DNA of 64,000 nt from Podarcis erhardii (Eukaryota), in assembly GCA_964252035.1 (NCBI GenBank), contig OZ176205.1; one strand, given 5' to 3'. Numbering within the stretch: position 1 is the stretch's first letter; every line of letters begins with the position of its first letter. Shown here piece after piece: positions 1 through 14,029 of this stretch. A model generated the notes under the pieces. That model was not told the DNA's origin. It worked only from the letters and a program-made list of their open reading frames with translations, and did no database searches. The position numbers were made by a program, and so were the translations under genes.

Positions 1-2232
1 AGGAGATCCACAAGGCAGGGCTTGCCACATGAAAGGTTCAGCTCCCAGTAAAGGTCAGTCAAACGTCAGGGACACATGGGGCTATCCAAGAGCACACCAT
101 CAAAAGACCTCAGCTATTGAGATGGTGCATAAGGAATTTGGCAGTCCTCCAGGTACTCTGGACCCAAGATGTTTATGGTTAACACACTCCATTCCCTTCT
201 CCCACTGCCTTCTCACTTTTGCAAAGTTAATACCAGCAGATCCTTACAGGAGGTGGCAGTGGCATCCCACCAGTTGCTTGAGAGGAGCACAGCCAGTTCT
301 TGTTTCTACAAGGTCCCTGGGAGGGAGGAGAAGGGGAGGAGAAGTTGCAGGGCCACCCTGTTTCATTCCAAGAGCATTTGATGCCTCATCTGTTTCATTA
401 TGAACTTCTCAAGTGACTCAGCAGGGATGTGAAACTGCCAGGGTTTGTTTTTTTTTAAAGCAGCTCTGAGACTTGCACACCAACAGAAAGCCCAGCAACA
501 AATCCCAAGCAAGGTTTTCTGATGGTGTGCAAGTTCTGCTTGGTACTATGGGGGCTGGGTGGGTTTCCCATCAAAGCAAAAGCCACAACCTCCCCATTGC
601 TGTTTCTGGAAATGAAATGCCTCTGGCATGCCCAGATGTGCTAAAACAAAACTAAAGGGGTAATGGTAGAACTGCACATCCCCAAGAAATGTCACATAAC
701 ACAGATTTCAGGTGGAGTGGGCAGCGCAGGGTGCCAAGCCAAGGAGATGTAAAATCAAGAAAATGCATCATTTGCAGACATCAAATTTTGTGCCCAAATT
801 TTGTGCCATATTACGAAAGATTACCGAAGTCCACCCCTGGATAACATATCAGAAACAAGCCATCTCCAAAAATTGAATAGTTCTGCTTTGAAACAGCCAT
901 ACCTTTGGAGTTCGCACATCAATATTGGTCTCAAAAAGACTAGTTGGGTTTTTCCTAATAAGAGAAAATCTTCATTAACAAGATGGGAAAATTGGGATGT
1001 GTGCGACTCAAGCGCCATGTCTCCCCAAAAATGAGTGCCTGGGACACTGAAAATGTGGGTGAATGTCAGGTGTGGAAGTGCCTAGAGTATGTGTGAATTC
1101 CACAGGAAGCTGATATATTGTCATGTAGGATGTATTATTTAAGAAGCCTTTGCTTCCTTGTCCCTCTTGAATAGGACCGTTACTCTTTCTCGTTCAATTT
1201 GACATGGATCCAACAGTTCATAATACTCCAAAGCATCTCTCAGTCTTTGCTCGGGCATCCTATTTTAATAAACCAAGCCTAAAACCAACATATTCCACCC
1301 AGTGAGTCTGCTCTCATTGTCTCTGGTGCCACTCTGCTGTAGGCTGGATTTTTCAGGCTTCTTTGCCAAGATCATTCCTAGGCAGTCACACAGATATACT
1401 GCTAGTGCTTGGAAGCAGAATCTTGGTCAGCTCCAGAGGCCAGTTCTGTTAAGGATCACTTCCACATAGCTCAGATGGTGGAGATAGGAAGTCCTATTTC
1501 AGTCTGTTCCCAATCCATGCTGCACGGAAAGAGAATTCCCACTGCACTTCAAGATGCAGTCTGGGGGAGGGATCACAAGATCACCCAGAAAGGAGAAGTG
1601 GTACCGTAAATATTAGCCTGATGGATTCAACAAACTGGTGGATTCATCCATCCCTAATCATAAACATGTGTGTTCAGAGGGCTGGTTGGGGCTAGCATTT
1701 TCCCAGGTAATACAGTCTTCTCACAGGGCAGTACCACTTCCATATTTACCTGGGCAGTTGATTGTTTTAAAGCACCCTTTTGTGAAAATTTCAACCCCAC
1801 ACTCAAAATTAACACCCTGGAGACAATGTTTGTGTATTGGACTTCTCTTGGAGGTGTTAAGTTTTGATCCAAGGTGAAGCTTCCATGCAAAGGCTTTGTG
1901 TGTGCAAATGATACCTGGCAGTGCAGTTCTGTGAGTGGACTGAAGCATGCCATATGGTGAACATTTGAATTGGACATATGTGGAACTCACGTATGTGTGA
2001 TCTGTGGCATCTAGTTGACATCTGAAAAACACTACTTTCATCCTTTTTCTGCATCATATAAGGTGGGATGCCACTGAGAAAATGAGTTCTCAAACTTGGT
2101 CATAGCTGAGCTACCCCCCTGCTCAAAGCAGTGCTGTGCCAAAAATTCCTCCAGTGTTTGTTTTGTAACCATTCTCCATCAGTTCATGAGAAAAGAAGAC
2201 ATAGTATAAAGATTGTCTGGCTCAACACAGAA

Positions 2233-2540
2233 TACCGGAAGGAGCGTCTCCACCCTCATCATTCAGCCCGGACACTGCGATCCAGCGCTGAGGGCCTTCT
2301 GGCAGTTCCCTCACTGCGCGAAGTGAAGTTACAGGGAACCAGGCAGAGGGCATTCTCGGTAGTGGCGCCCGCCCTGTGGAACACCCTCCCATCAGATGTC
2401 AAGGAAATTAACAACTATCTGACTCTTAGAAGACATCTGAAGGCAGTCATATTTAGGGAAGTTTTTAATGTTTGATGTTTTATTGTATTTTTAATATCCC
2501 CAGAGTTGCTGGGGAAACCCAGCCAGATGGGCAGGGTATA
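2233..2540 (+). mobile_element. L2 LINE 3' fragment
   Basis: ORF2 C-terminus RTLRSS...RAFSVVAPALWNTLP...FREVFNV followed by the family 3' UTR. Confidence 0.9.
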
Positions 2541-3371
2541 CGTGATGATGATGATGATTGATCAGGCCCATGCCCCATCTACTTCAGCATCCTGTTCTGA
2601 CACTGGCCAACCGGCTGCCTATGGGAAGCCTGGGACCTGAGCACAACAGCACTCTCCCAGCTTGTGAGTCTCAGTAATGGGTGTTCAGAGGCATACTGCC
2701 TGACAGTGAAGATGGAACATAGTGATTGAGGCTAGTAGCCCTTGAAAAGGCATTCAGAATGAACAAGGGGTGGGGGTGGGGGCTCAGTGGAATTTTCTTG
2801 GGTGGATTGAAGGGCTTCTGCTGTGCTTACTTTGCTTTTGCAAAGGAAGAGAGCTTCTGAGAAATTTGCAGAAATAAATTGTCGCAGCATTGGTTTAAAG
2901 TTCCTGCAACTGTACCTTTGAGCATCTCCAGATGGAGGCATTTGCAAGCATTAGGAATGCTAATCTGGTACCCAAGGCAACCTCAGACCGTGACAGTGGC
3001 AATCCCAGTGCTGTTCACAGCTTCTCCAGGAGGAGTTCAACAGGTGTACAGCAGCTACTGCACAAAAAAAGCAATAGTAGCACTAACGTCCTGTGCCAGA
3101 AGTATGTATCTAGAAGTACATTTCCCCACTTCCTGTTTAGCCATTTGCATGTGGCGATTCAGGGAAAAGGCGGACAAATGATGTCATTCTTGTCCCAGGG
3201 ACGGGGGGTGGGGGGGGAGCGCGATTCAAGATGGTACATGCTAAATATAGAAAGTAAGAAAATATGTTTTAAAATGACTGTCTGAGCATGCACATGCTAT
3301 ATAGGTGAGGCAAGAAAACAAGAGAAAAGGTTTTACAAAGCACCAGAGCTATTTGGATAATAAATATTGGA

Positions 3372-3373
<2 letters not shown>

Positions 3374-3423
<50 letters not shown>

Positions 3424-3431
3424 TAAATAAT
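3374..3431. repeat. (AAT)n microsatellite
   Basis: Direct reading. Confidence 0.97.
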
Positions 3432-3568
3432 TTTATGTACTATTCTCATAGTCTGTTTTTGTTTACTGTGTATATTATTTGCATCATTAATGTATCTCTC
3501 TTTAATTTTTTTGTTATTATACTTTGACTGGCTTGTACTTTGGCAGTAATGAGAATGCTATGCTGGGG

Positions 3569-3723
3569 CATAGCTGTCAACCTTCCCTTTTTTTGCGGGG
3601 AATTCCCTTATTTCAGCACCATTTCCTGCTGCTATCCCAGATTGTTAGATATCCTGTAGACTGCCTCCGGGACAGGTGAAGCTGCTGATCCCTTATTTTC
3701 AAATCTGAAAGTTGACAGCTATG
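3569..3723. mobile_element. hAT-type MITE
   Basis: TIR CATAGCTGTCAAC/GTTGACAGCTATG; perfect 8-bp TSD TGCTGGGG. Confidence 0.9.
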
Positions 3724-6686
3724 TGCTGGGGGAGCACCTGATCTGATCAACAAGGGCTTTTAAGAGCGCTGGCAGAACTAACAAGAGCAGCACATGGAAG
3801 TTAGAGGCTAAAGTTCTTGGCTTGCTCTGTGGGAATGAAGGGCTAGATGGCCTGGGATGGGTGGCACAGAAGGATCAAATAGTTTCACAGTCAAGTCCAA
3901 TTTGTGCAGCCCATTTGATTCTACTTTCTCCAAGTCCCTTACCCAACCCTCTAAAAGCTGTGCAGCAAGCAAGGCTTCTTTTTTATGTGTTTCCAGCTTC
4001 AGGCCACCTGAGTTCCAGCTGCCTCAAACAGCCTTTTAAATCTTTCCACTATATACCAAGTTGATTTTGTAGCGGAATATTTGAATAGCTTACGCTTTCC
4101 TGCCAAGATCATTCACCTGGCTTGCTTTTCTTAAGCCGATACTCAGCTCTACAGCCAATACTTGTTCATATTAGCTCTCTCTGGGCTCCTAGTCCTATGA
4201 CCTGATCAGCAACATTTACTGTTTGTACAGTACAGAAAACATTACAAGCAGCTAGACAGTATAGATTATTAGTCCTCTGTTAAGCTATAGTGAACCTCAG
4301 TAAGTTTGCCACAGATGTTCAAGTTAATGTGAAGCATAGATGTCATCAACCTTTTTGGTCCTGCAAGTGCCAGTCACAAAATGGCTGCCACAGAGGCATG
4401 GCACAGCACAAAATGGCTGCTAGGTGCAGGACATAACATAAATCCATAGCTCTGCCCTCCCTGGACTTCTTTGTCCTCAAACAGCTAGAGGCTAGCTCTG
4501 ATGTGGACTTTCTAGATCAACATTCTACAATAGAGGAAACATTATACCCATGATGTCCTGAAATGAAGAACAACAAGAACAACAAGAACAACATTATTAC
4601 AGGATGCTGTAATGTGTTGTGTTAAGGGACCATGATGTTCTGGGAAAGAGGGGAATCCTGCTGGTTCAAATGTAATTAAACTGTCTCTTGATAATGATAC
4701 CAACTCTGTGACCAGCAATGGAAAGAATGAAGCTAGCAGGTCGCACCATTTGGTATGCAAGTCTTTGCCATGAGGCACACAGTTTCCAAAGTGAACTTCC
4801 CTGAGAATTTCTAATCCCTTCTGTGGTCACTGCACTACTTCTGATAGAAGACATCATGCTGTGAGACCAAAGTGGACCAGACTCCTGTACAGACAGACCA
4901 ATCCTATGCATTCAGATGGATTCCCACTTTGTTCAATGGGACTTGCTGCTCAAATGACTTGATAAAGTCCATGGCTAGGCACAGAGTGGGTATGCCTTTC
5001 AGATGAATTGCTCTTGAGCCAAGTAAATATGTATAGGTTCTCAGCCTTAGAAGAATGGTGCAGTGAGAAATATTCAAAGGATTCAGTACAAAACAAATGT
5101 TTGAATGAAGATCTTGACTAGAAGTCACAAGTGGCATGGAGCTGCCTTTCCACCCTCTTCCTTTGTAACATAAAGATAAAAGATTGGATCCCGATGGGTA
5201 AGTTAGTTGAACTTAGGTTCCATGGAACTCAGGCACATTAGTCAAAATGTGTACATTAGCTCACTTAGGTCCCATCCTGAACAAAGTCATAATGAAAACT
5301 AAATTCATTTAATTTACAGAGCAATCCATACCCTACACCTTACACCATGCTGCAGGGGGGCTGGATTAGGTACCCCTCCACCCCACTGTCCTGGCTTACC
5401 TGGCCATCTCTCAACCACCGAATGTGTGGGTGGCAGACCCATTGGGCCAACAACAGAAGCCAGTGAAAATCCCCAAAACAGGGTGGGGCCGAGCCAGCCT
5501 GAGATTTGCTGGGTCCCAAGCCAGTTTCATTGCCACTGCATGACAACATCTGGCCCAGTATAAACTCTGGGTGCAGCGATCAGGCCCAGATTGGTCCTGA
5601 TCATCCTGTTGCCTTCTTCCACGGCTACCATGGGTGAAGATGCAAGAGTGTCCCTGTCACTCCACAAAACCCTACTGGAGGGGAGGCGGCACTGGATTGC
5701 ATGCCTAGTCTGGACCCATTGGGTCATGGTATGTCACTTTCTGACTTTGCTTCCCATCCCTGGCTGTTGCACGTATAGGGGTAAGATAATGTGCAGCACA
5801 AAATTTATTGTAAGATCAAATTAAGCCCTAGGAGAACCTGTTTCTTAGTAGCTGTTTTAGGGGCATCACTATGAAGACCTCTCTCTCTCCAGATACTTGA
5901 CCTGTATCCTTAAGTGTGAGGCTGCCTGCAAAGATTCTACCCAAACTATGCCCCATGGGGCAACTCCTTTCTGACCCTCATTTATTATAAAGCCCCAGAG
6001 TAGCTCCAGATTTTCCTATTAATCTGGAATCTCTTTGCTGCTGCTCAGCCTCATATTTCAAATTCCTCCTGAGCGTATCTGGTTCTCATTTAAACATATT
6101 GCACTTGCAGGGTTCTTTTGAAAGGGGGGGGGGAGCACAAAGTAGAAAAAAACAGGAATGGATTTTAAGCTAATAAATGGAACATGCAAGTCCAGTAATT
6201 CAGGCTCATCCAATGCACTTTAGTTAAGTCCAGACACTTGTTTACATTGGCTAGACATACGTAAAGTATCATTGGACATGGTCATCATTCTTGTACAATA
6301 TGTATATAATGTACACATGCACTGTCAGGAACTACAGAGATTCCATGAGTTATAAAGTCTTCCTTGCTAAAGGGATAAACATGGTGGGCAGTAATCCTGG
6401 AAGCAATCAAAATGCCTCCAGTTCAGTGATTGTAAAGCCCCCATATACACTGGAGCAGAAAGTCAACCCAGAAACTTTGGGATTAGGTCACAATAAAAAA
6501 CAGTTCCGATAAACAGTTTGGCCCACTATAAAACTATGGACAGAGTTCAGCAGGTGAACAGGAGGAGAAAGAGATATGATTCCTGGCATTTCAGACTGAA
6601 TTATTGGAACTATCTATGAATGGTCTTTCTGGCTCCTGTGGGGAAATAAAACATAAAATGCTGGTTTTATTCCAGATGTGACTAGA

Positions 6687-6879
6687 GGACACAGGAAGCT
6701 GCTTTATACTGAATCAGACAATTGGCCCATAACTCATACACTGGCTGGCAGAAGTGCCCCAGGATTTCAGATAGGGATCTCTGCCAAATCTACGTGGAGA
6801 CACCAGGGGTCGAACCTGGGAGCTCCTGCTTGTAAGGCTGCAAGACAGATGCTCTACCACTGAGCTGCATTCCTCCCCC
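6687..6879 (-). mobile_element. tRNA-headed SINE (further copies at 24660-24797 minus, 50246-50400 minus, 63574-63700 minus)
   Basis: Minus strand AGCTCAGTGGTAGAGCATCTG...CCCAGGTTCGACCCCTGG (A and B boxes) with shared body and GGCAGCTTCCT-type tail. Confidence 0.8.
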
Positions 6880-7709
6880 TAAACTAAGGTGTAGATGTGT
6901 TCCAGACCTATTTCTCAGTCTGGACAAATGTATTAGGGCTGAAATGGACATTGCACAGAAGATCCGTGATCAGATCTCCCAACAAGTTTTAAACTTCTAA
7001 GACAGCCACAGGAGTATGACGTATCCCATGAACCAACATGTTCCATCATGCTATCACTAATAAACACATCAAAACACCAGAGAAGGAGGAAAACGGGGAG
7101 GGGAGCCTCTCCTTACTTCAGACATCTCTGTTGCTGCTTGCTCCACCACACCTAAGAAAAAGGGAAGGGGATATATTTGTAGGGGGTTGGGAACTACAAG
7201 GAATGTTAGAGCTGGGAAGGAATACTTCTAGGGGCAGGGGAGCATAGCAGGGATGGCAGGGGGATTCTTCTGCAGCTCATATTTTAATCCAAGCCAGTAA
7301 ACAGTTTGGGTGTCAACCCCAGTAGATATCCACAAGGCAAGATGGTCCAGTGGGTTACAGCACCATGGAAAGCTCCTAGTGACAAAATCTGGAGGTAGGA
7401 CTGAGGTCTTCAGAGCCTCTTCACCCAGCACAGCCTCCTAAGCTCCATCCTATCACCTGATGAGTGTGAATCATTAAAAGGTCATCACCCTGGCCTGAAG
7501 GGGACAACTACTTCCTGTATTTTCCTGCCTGGCATACTCCTTGTACAACTGTGTGAGTGGATGGTATGGGAAGTAGTAGACACCTCAGGTGAACTGGGCT
7601 CAAGTGAAGACATCATCTGAAGCAGAACCAGGCTAGTCCTTTCTCACTAACATACGGAGTTCTCTGAGAGTGTCAGTAAACATATAGATAGAAGTGATTC
7701 AGTTGATAC

Positions 7710-7950
7710 GATGCAAAAAACTTCTGACAAAGTACCCAACCAAAACCTCCTGCAGAACCTTAACAGTTATGGAATAAGAGGAAAGGTCCAGTTGTGGATT
7801 AGTAACTGATTAAAAAAACACAAAAAGCAGAGAGTAAGAATAAATGGACAGTTCTCCAAATCAAGAAATGTAGAAAGTGAAGTTCCCCCAGGATCAGTAT
7901 TGTGACCTGTGCTTTTTAACTTGTTCAGAAATTTTCTAGAGTTAGCAGCA
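7710..7950 (+). mobile_element. Degraded CR1 LINE reverse-transcriptase fragment
   Basis: Translation with stops resembles FDKVPHQRLL..GIRGKV..WISNWL..KQRV.INGQFS....SGVPQGSVL.PVLFN. Confidence 0.8.
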
Positions 7951-8800
7951 AGCAATGCTTCTTCCCTACCATTCTTCCTCTCCTTGTAATCTTCATGAAA
8001 TTAAGTTGAAATGGGTCTGCAGGTTGCCTGCCCCAGATTTACAGAGAGCAGGGAAGTTGTGGATGTGGATGTGGGTGAATACAAGTAGAAACCTTCGCTT
8101 GTGAGGATGGAGTTTGTGTGTCCGGGCCTAGTTAGCTACCACAGACAGGTGGCTCCCAGAAGGTTATTCACAAGGGAATGTGTTCCTTGAGAGGAAAAAA
8201 GCTCTGACCTAGGAGATGGCAGTCCAGTGGCTTTGTATGTGGAACAAAAATACCAAAGAGGCAAGAGGAAAGCATGGGCTGAAACCGTTGAAGGAAAATG
8301 GAAAAACAAAGATTGTGTTTAAGTGGCCTCCTGGAGGATATATTTCATGCTCTCAGACTTTAGGCCTGTGATTAAATCCCATCTAGCTAATGGGGAGACT
8401 AACATTTAACTACCCACACTCCCACCCACCATATTTCAGTCTGGGAAAAGCCTACAGCCCATCAAACACTCAGAAGGATAGTCTGAAGGAGGCCCAGCTA
8501 TCTAATTTCTCAGCTCCAAAGCATGATGCATACTTTGGAACAGCTAATTTTAAAGAAGAAGTTGGGTGGGTGGGTGGGTGAGATAAAGAAAGCTCTAAGT
8601 GACAGATCTTCCATGAGGCCTGAAGTAAGAGGAGGTTTTATGAACAAAAAGCGTATCAAAGCTATATGTAAAACTGAAGCTGAATGAGGGGGGATTAGAT
8701 TGGATTTATATGCTTACAGTGAGGAACGCTAATCATTTATTGATAGCTGGGTCACTGGCAAAAATTTGGGGCTGGGGATAAGAGAGCTATTTTGCTATAT

Positions 8801-9550
8801 AGGGAAAGGTCATGGTTCAGTGGTAGAACACATTTTGCATGTAAAAACTTCCAAGTTCTGTCTCTGGCATCTCCAGGTAAGGCTGGAAGAGACCTCTGTC
8901 TGAAACCTTGGAGAGATGCAGCCAGTCAGTGTAGACTAGGGGTGAGAAGCTGTATCTGGCTGGCAACCACTTGCAAATCTGACATGGCGATAGGCCTGCC
9001 AGCACAATGACAACAGGTGATTGGGGCACTTTGAAGTCCCCACATCATTGGGGCTTCAAAGCACCATGCAGAACTCAGTGCTTCAGAGCAATACTGATCG
9101 GTGGGCAAGCAAACAAGAGCTTTGCTTGGCAGCTGATCCAATGGAACTTGAAGTCAGTGCCTAGCAACTGATGGTTCTGCCTTCTGCTAGGATCAGCTGT
9201 GCAAGAGTTCCCAGTGAGGAACTCCATAGTACATCTGATCCCAGCTGGCTTGCTCACCACCAATCACAGTAGCAGCAAGCCTTCTGTGGTATTGTGCAAC
9301 CAGAAGCACACTTTAAGGTTCCTGGCAGTGCCTTGGCAGCCACATCTCCACCTGCCCCTCATTTGACATCACATGGTCAGGTGTAGGGGAGGCGGGCATT
9401 GCTTGCAGAAACTGGATTCATGGACCACATTGGAACCTGTGGCAGGTCTAATTAGGCTTGTGGGCTGGAGGTTCTCCACCCCGATGTAGACAATACTGAA
9501 CTAGCTGGACCAAAGATTTTACTCAGTACAGAGCAGTTTCCTTTGTTCCC
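8801..9550 (+). mobile_element. tRNA-headed SINE split by a hAT-like insertion (8937-9484)
   Basis: SINE head and body to ...CAGTGTAGAC (8936) resumes at TGTAGACAATACTG (9485); insert has TAGGGGTG/CACCCCGA ends and a TGTAGAC duplication. Confidence 0.75.
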
Positions 9551-9619
9551 ATGTGTATCTTCTCCTGCCCATCATTCCTTGCTTTTCTGTGTTCTGCTGG
9601 TTCTTGAACCTAATTCAAA

Positions 9620-10060
9620 ATGCTGGTGTTTAAGCCATTAATGAGCTTGTTGGTCAAGGGTAGTAGTTCCCTAGGAATGCTGGGTTTCTTAGAAATGTAT
9701 CCATGATTGCTCAGTGAGCTCAGTAGCGGTGGATAGTCTGTGCATTGCTGGGAAAAACAGACAGTTATAGGAGACTGTTGAGCATAGTCTTTGGTGTCTG
9801 GCAATTGGTAATAAGTATGCCCAAGAAAGCACCCTAGAATCTTCTGAAACGCAAATGGAAGCTATGCTTGGAAAATAAACGAATGGAATGACATGATGCA
9901 CATGGAAGACATATGTATGGAAAATATGCAGGAGTCCTTGGCAGACAAATTTGTGGAAATGTGTGGTACCCTATGAATGGGAAGTTTGCGAGGCACTGGG
10001 ATAACATATGCAAAAGACCTTGGATTCAAGAACTAGCAAGACCATGTCTTCAGGAGAAAG
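9620..10060 (+). mobile_element. Old degraded L1/Tx1-like ORF2 C-terminal fragment
   Basis: Broken-frame motifs ETVEHSLWC (zinc-knuckle end), KKA..LLKRKWK and EWNDM resemble the L1 C-terminus. Confidence 0.4.
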
Positions 10061-13000
10061 AGTATGCATCTGCTGCTGCTGCTATTACTGCAAGAAGTAA
10101 ATGTAATAACAGCCAAGCTTTGATTAGATTAAAGTATGTCCCACATTGTTGAGAACTGTTGGGAGGCCCCAAAGACTTACAATTCCCTGTGATCCCTTGG
10201 AAGAGGGATCTGTTGTTTGATCACCCTGGGAACTGCCACCCTGTGAGGGGAATAGGGGGTTTCCTATCAACTCTCAGTACTCTTAACTAACTCAAAATTC
10301 TTTGGGGGAAGCCATACCTGTTTAGAGTGGTATGATGCATCTTTAAATGTATCGTGCAGATGGGGCCAAAATCCTTCCCATGCCACCTGTCAGTTTAATA
10401 TCAATCAAACCTACTGAAAGCCTTTGTAACACATTGACCATATGTTGTTCACACAGAAAGACACACCTGCAAAGAACAACACAGCACTGAGTGAAAAAGG
10501 GGCCTTGACCTGCACCTCGCCTTTGCTTTATGCTGCTTTCAGTCTGCGTTTTCCATCTCAAGCCGTGTCTTTATTCATCATTTCTTCTCTTTCTTTCACA
10601 CAGTTTCAAGGGTTGCTGACAAACTTTGTTTTCCCTCTAGCTTCCTGCGAAGGGGAGGTATTTTGATTGATGAGCTGAGGTTGCAGTCGACCAGTGACAA
10701 ATTCAAACTACAGCGAAACTCTACTTCACAATTTGGTAATTAGTTTAGTGGAGAAAGGGCTGGAATGTTATTGTGGGAAATGGTTTCAAGAAGGCCTTCA
10801 TGTAAATTCAAAGGGCCACGGCTGGGGAATGGAGTGGGTAGGAGGCTCAGAATGATGTCACTTGGACTTCTTTCTAGAAACTTCCATGGAAATATTAAGT
10901 TAGCACAGGACCTTTTTTGGATAGATCCAAAGGGATAAATTCAATGATGACTCAAATGTAAATTGAGGGGAAAGGGCTCTAATTTCTACTCAAAACTAGA
11001 AAGACACTTAAATCCAATTCATCCCTCCATCACAGCTTTTTACAGTCACTCTATGGACAAATGGGGTGTCCTTTAAATGACCCCCAACTTCCTCTACCAG
11101 TATTTATATCTGTTTACAGTGGCAAAGGATGATTAAACCTAACTTGCATTTCCAATAAAAGCTGGAAGTCTTGTAACTTTCTTACAAGCCTTGTCATTTC
11201 AAGTTTTTACAAGGCTCCCCCCACAAAATGGCATAACTTGCTATGAGAGCCTTAATGTTAGCCATGTTGACATCAGATGTTGTGATAAAAGAGCTTCAGG
11301 AATATACCAGTATTCTTGCAACAATCTGTTAGATAAGCTTTTGTTCAGGATACTTAAGTCTCTCACTGAGGAGAGCTCAGAAATATTCTTGCAGATTTTT
11401 ATTCAGGGAAACAGCCCAAACCAAAGTCTAATTAAAATACCCCCCCATTTGAATATAGTTGCAGTTTTTGAAAATCCAGCCTGATTCTAGGAGCAGATTT
11501 CAGTGGAACTAATGCTAGGTACATAGGGTTCCAGCCATGCAATTGAAACCCCTCATTATGAAGGTCAGTGAAAATCCATTGAAGACTCACTATGTTTCAT
11601 AAGGCTGGAGATACCCATCTCAAAATTAAAAATATGGGCTTTCAGATTATACAGTACTTTGAATGAACCACAAATATGTTCCATTTCATTTTCTTATCTT
11701 GCCTAAAAGGTGGTTGCATTTTGTGTATGGCTTTCTTTGAAAGCAAAAAGTCCCAGTTATTCAATGTAATGAGATTCAGAGTTGTGCAAATAAACAGGGA
11801 AAGATAAATAGTCAAAAGATAATTAGTCAAAGGTTTCCCTTTGACTAATCATTTACTAGCTGGAGAAACAAAAAACAGAATGTTGTTGATCTCAACTAAA
11901 CAATAGGTTATTTTTTATCTATTAATAATATCACCCAAGTATGGATTGCTGAAGATGTTCAGAAATACTTGGGGGGGGGGCATTTATTTATTACATGTAC
12001 ATTGTGCTTTCAGATTACTTGGAAATGGTAAAACCTCGGGTTCCTCTCATAATTGGGTTCATAAAACTATTTCCTCAACCAACCTATCTGGTTATTCTAA
12101 TCTCAGTTATGAATCATATTGAACCTTTCCATGCAATCTGTCTGATCCCTTTCCTAATTCCTCCCATGAATCTCCAAACCCTTCCCTCCCACTCACTTTC
12201 CTTGATTATGATTGATTTACTTGTGTGATTATTTATAATTATTTGTTTCTCATTTTATGTTGTGGATTTGCCTTGGGCATGGTGGGCTTTCCACCATTTG
12301 GAAAGGCAGATATAAGTACAAAAAATATAAACATGAATGAAATAATCCAGATTTCAGCATTTAAACAACAGGTGATTAATCAAAAGAGTGGGCACTTGGT
12401 CATCGCTATGTAGTTGTATATATGCTACATTTCTGTTCATTTAGTGATTCTATTTTTGTTTTATAGACAAAGTGCTTCTCTTGCTAGAATTATTTCAAGC
12501 GGCCATGAATGTTTCACCAGTAACTCTTTGTACTTAAAAAAATCAAATTATACTTTTTTATTAAAAAGGAGGAAAGACATCAGCAAAAAGTGGGGGGCAC
12601 AGATTTACATAAAATTTACATAAGTATAGTTGCAGATTTTGGAAATAACTATTATAATTTAAATAAAAATACAGTGCATCTCACCATGGTGGGGAAGACT
12701 GTGACCAAGTGACTGGTTTGCCTGTTTTGTCTGCTACCAGGGACTAACCCCTGATGGGCCACTTCAAGGCCTCTGCTCTCTCTTATTATGTTTTTTAAAA
12801 ATATTTTAACTGGCCCTTTAAAGAAAGAAAGGACTCCTTCAGTTAAAGGACTGTTCTCTAAAGTAGGACACATGGCCACTCTAGTAGCTTTTGTCATTTC
12901 CTCAGCAAGGTTTCACCAGTAAGTGATTTGCACTTCCGTTCTGAGAACCTGTAGTTTGACCACTGTGTTCTAACTTAAAACTATCTTGAAGATGAATGGC

Positions 13001-14029
13001 CCCACATCCAAATCCACTTCTCAGCAAAGCATTCTTGGGTTGTCTCAGTATCGCCCCTCTTATTGAGATGTATGGTTTTCATTTTGCAGCAAATAACCAA
13101 GGAATGGCATCTCCGCAGCTGTGGTCTGGTCTTGCTGAGCTGAGCTGACTCTGGTACCCATTTTAATAACTGGGGTAGCTGCTCAGCGCAGGCAACTGCA
13201 AAATGAAGGGCAGGGGGGAAGACAGCCCACCAAATTAAGTGAGGGGCAAGAATTGCTCCCCCATCCTGCCCCGGGAGGGTCCTCACAGGACCGGCAGTGC
13301 CTATAAGCCAGTCCATCTGGAGAGGAGAACACCAGGCCCCTCTGAAGGGCTAGGCGGATATAACAGCAATTTATACAGCAATGTTTCCAGATCTTTTTTT
13401 AATAGCCTCCAAATAATACCACACCAAAATGGGGAAACAGGAAAAGCAATATAGAACCCAGAGCATTTAATCCTCCGCCTCTTCCATGCCTCAGGAGGAT
13501 CATGGGAATCTTTTCCCACTCTCTCACTTGCTGACATCCCTCGACATGAAAAGAACGGAGCCCTAGTTGGGAACAGCTGGTATATTTTTAAAACAGGCTG
13601 AGGCTGTGAGCAATGTGTACATTGGGACATTCCCTCTGTCTCTCCCTGCAGCACCAACAGTGTATCTGGTTCTTCGCAGAGTGATATAAAAAAGGTGTTA
13701 CAAGACCTGTGTTTTGAGACAAGGAACAAGGAAGGGGAAAGGAGACACACAACTTGCAATAATGTTCAATAAAGCACTTTCAAGCGTTCAAGGTGCTTCA
13801 CACGTTTTTTACCCTGTAAGTTAAATCAGTATTATTATCCCACACAGCTCCTGCTCCTGTGCCTACAACCATGACTTGCCTCTCGCCCCTTGCTCCTCTC
13901 CCTCTCAGAAAGCAGAAGCAACACTTGATGCTGGGAAGCAAGGCTCATCGCCCCACCCTGCCCGTGCTGCCCCATCCCTTCTGAGGGGGGTGGGGGTGGG
14001 ACTGGGACTGAAAGAGACAGTGGCTTACC

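Noticed and set aside
1-2200. Search for the CHD6 3' end, expected upstream of EMILIN3 from mammalian synteny
   Set aside because: No CHD6-like coding sequence or clear terminal exon was recognised here or elsewhere in the window.
4600-4900. Possible degraded L1-type endonuclease (RVGIIIKR) on the minus strand
   Set aside because: Only one weak motif by eye; needs a profile search.
6790-6879. tRNA-like sequences here and at other SINE heads
   Set aside because: The A and B boxes continue into SINE bodies and do not fold into complete cloverleafs; they are not tRNA genes.
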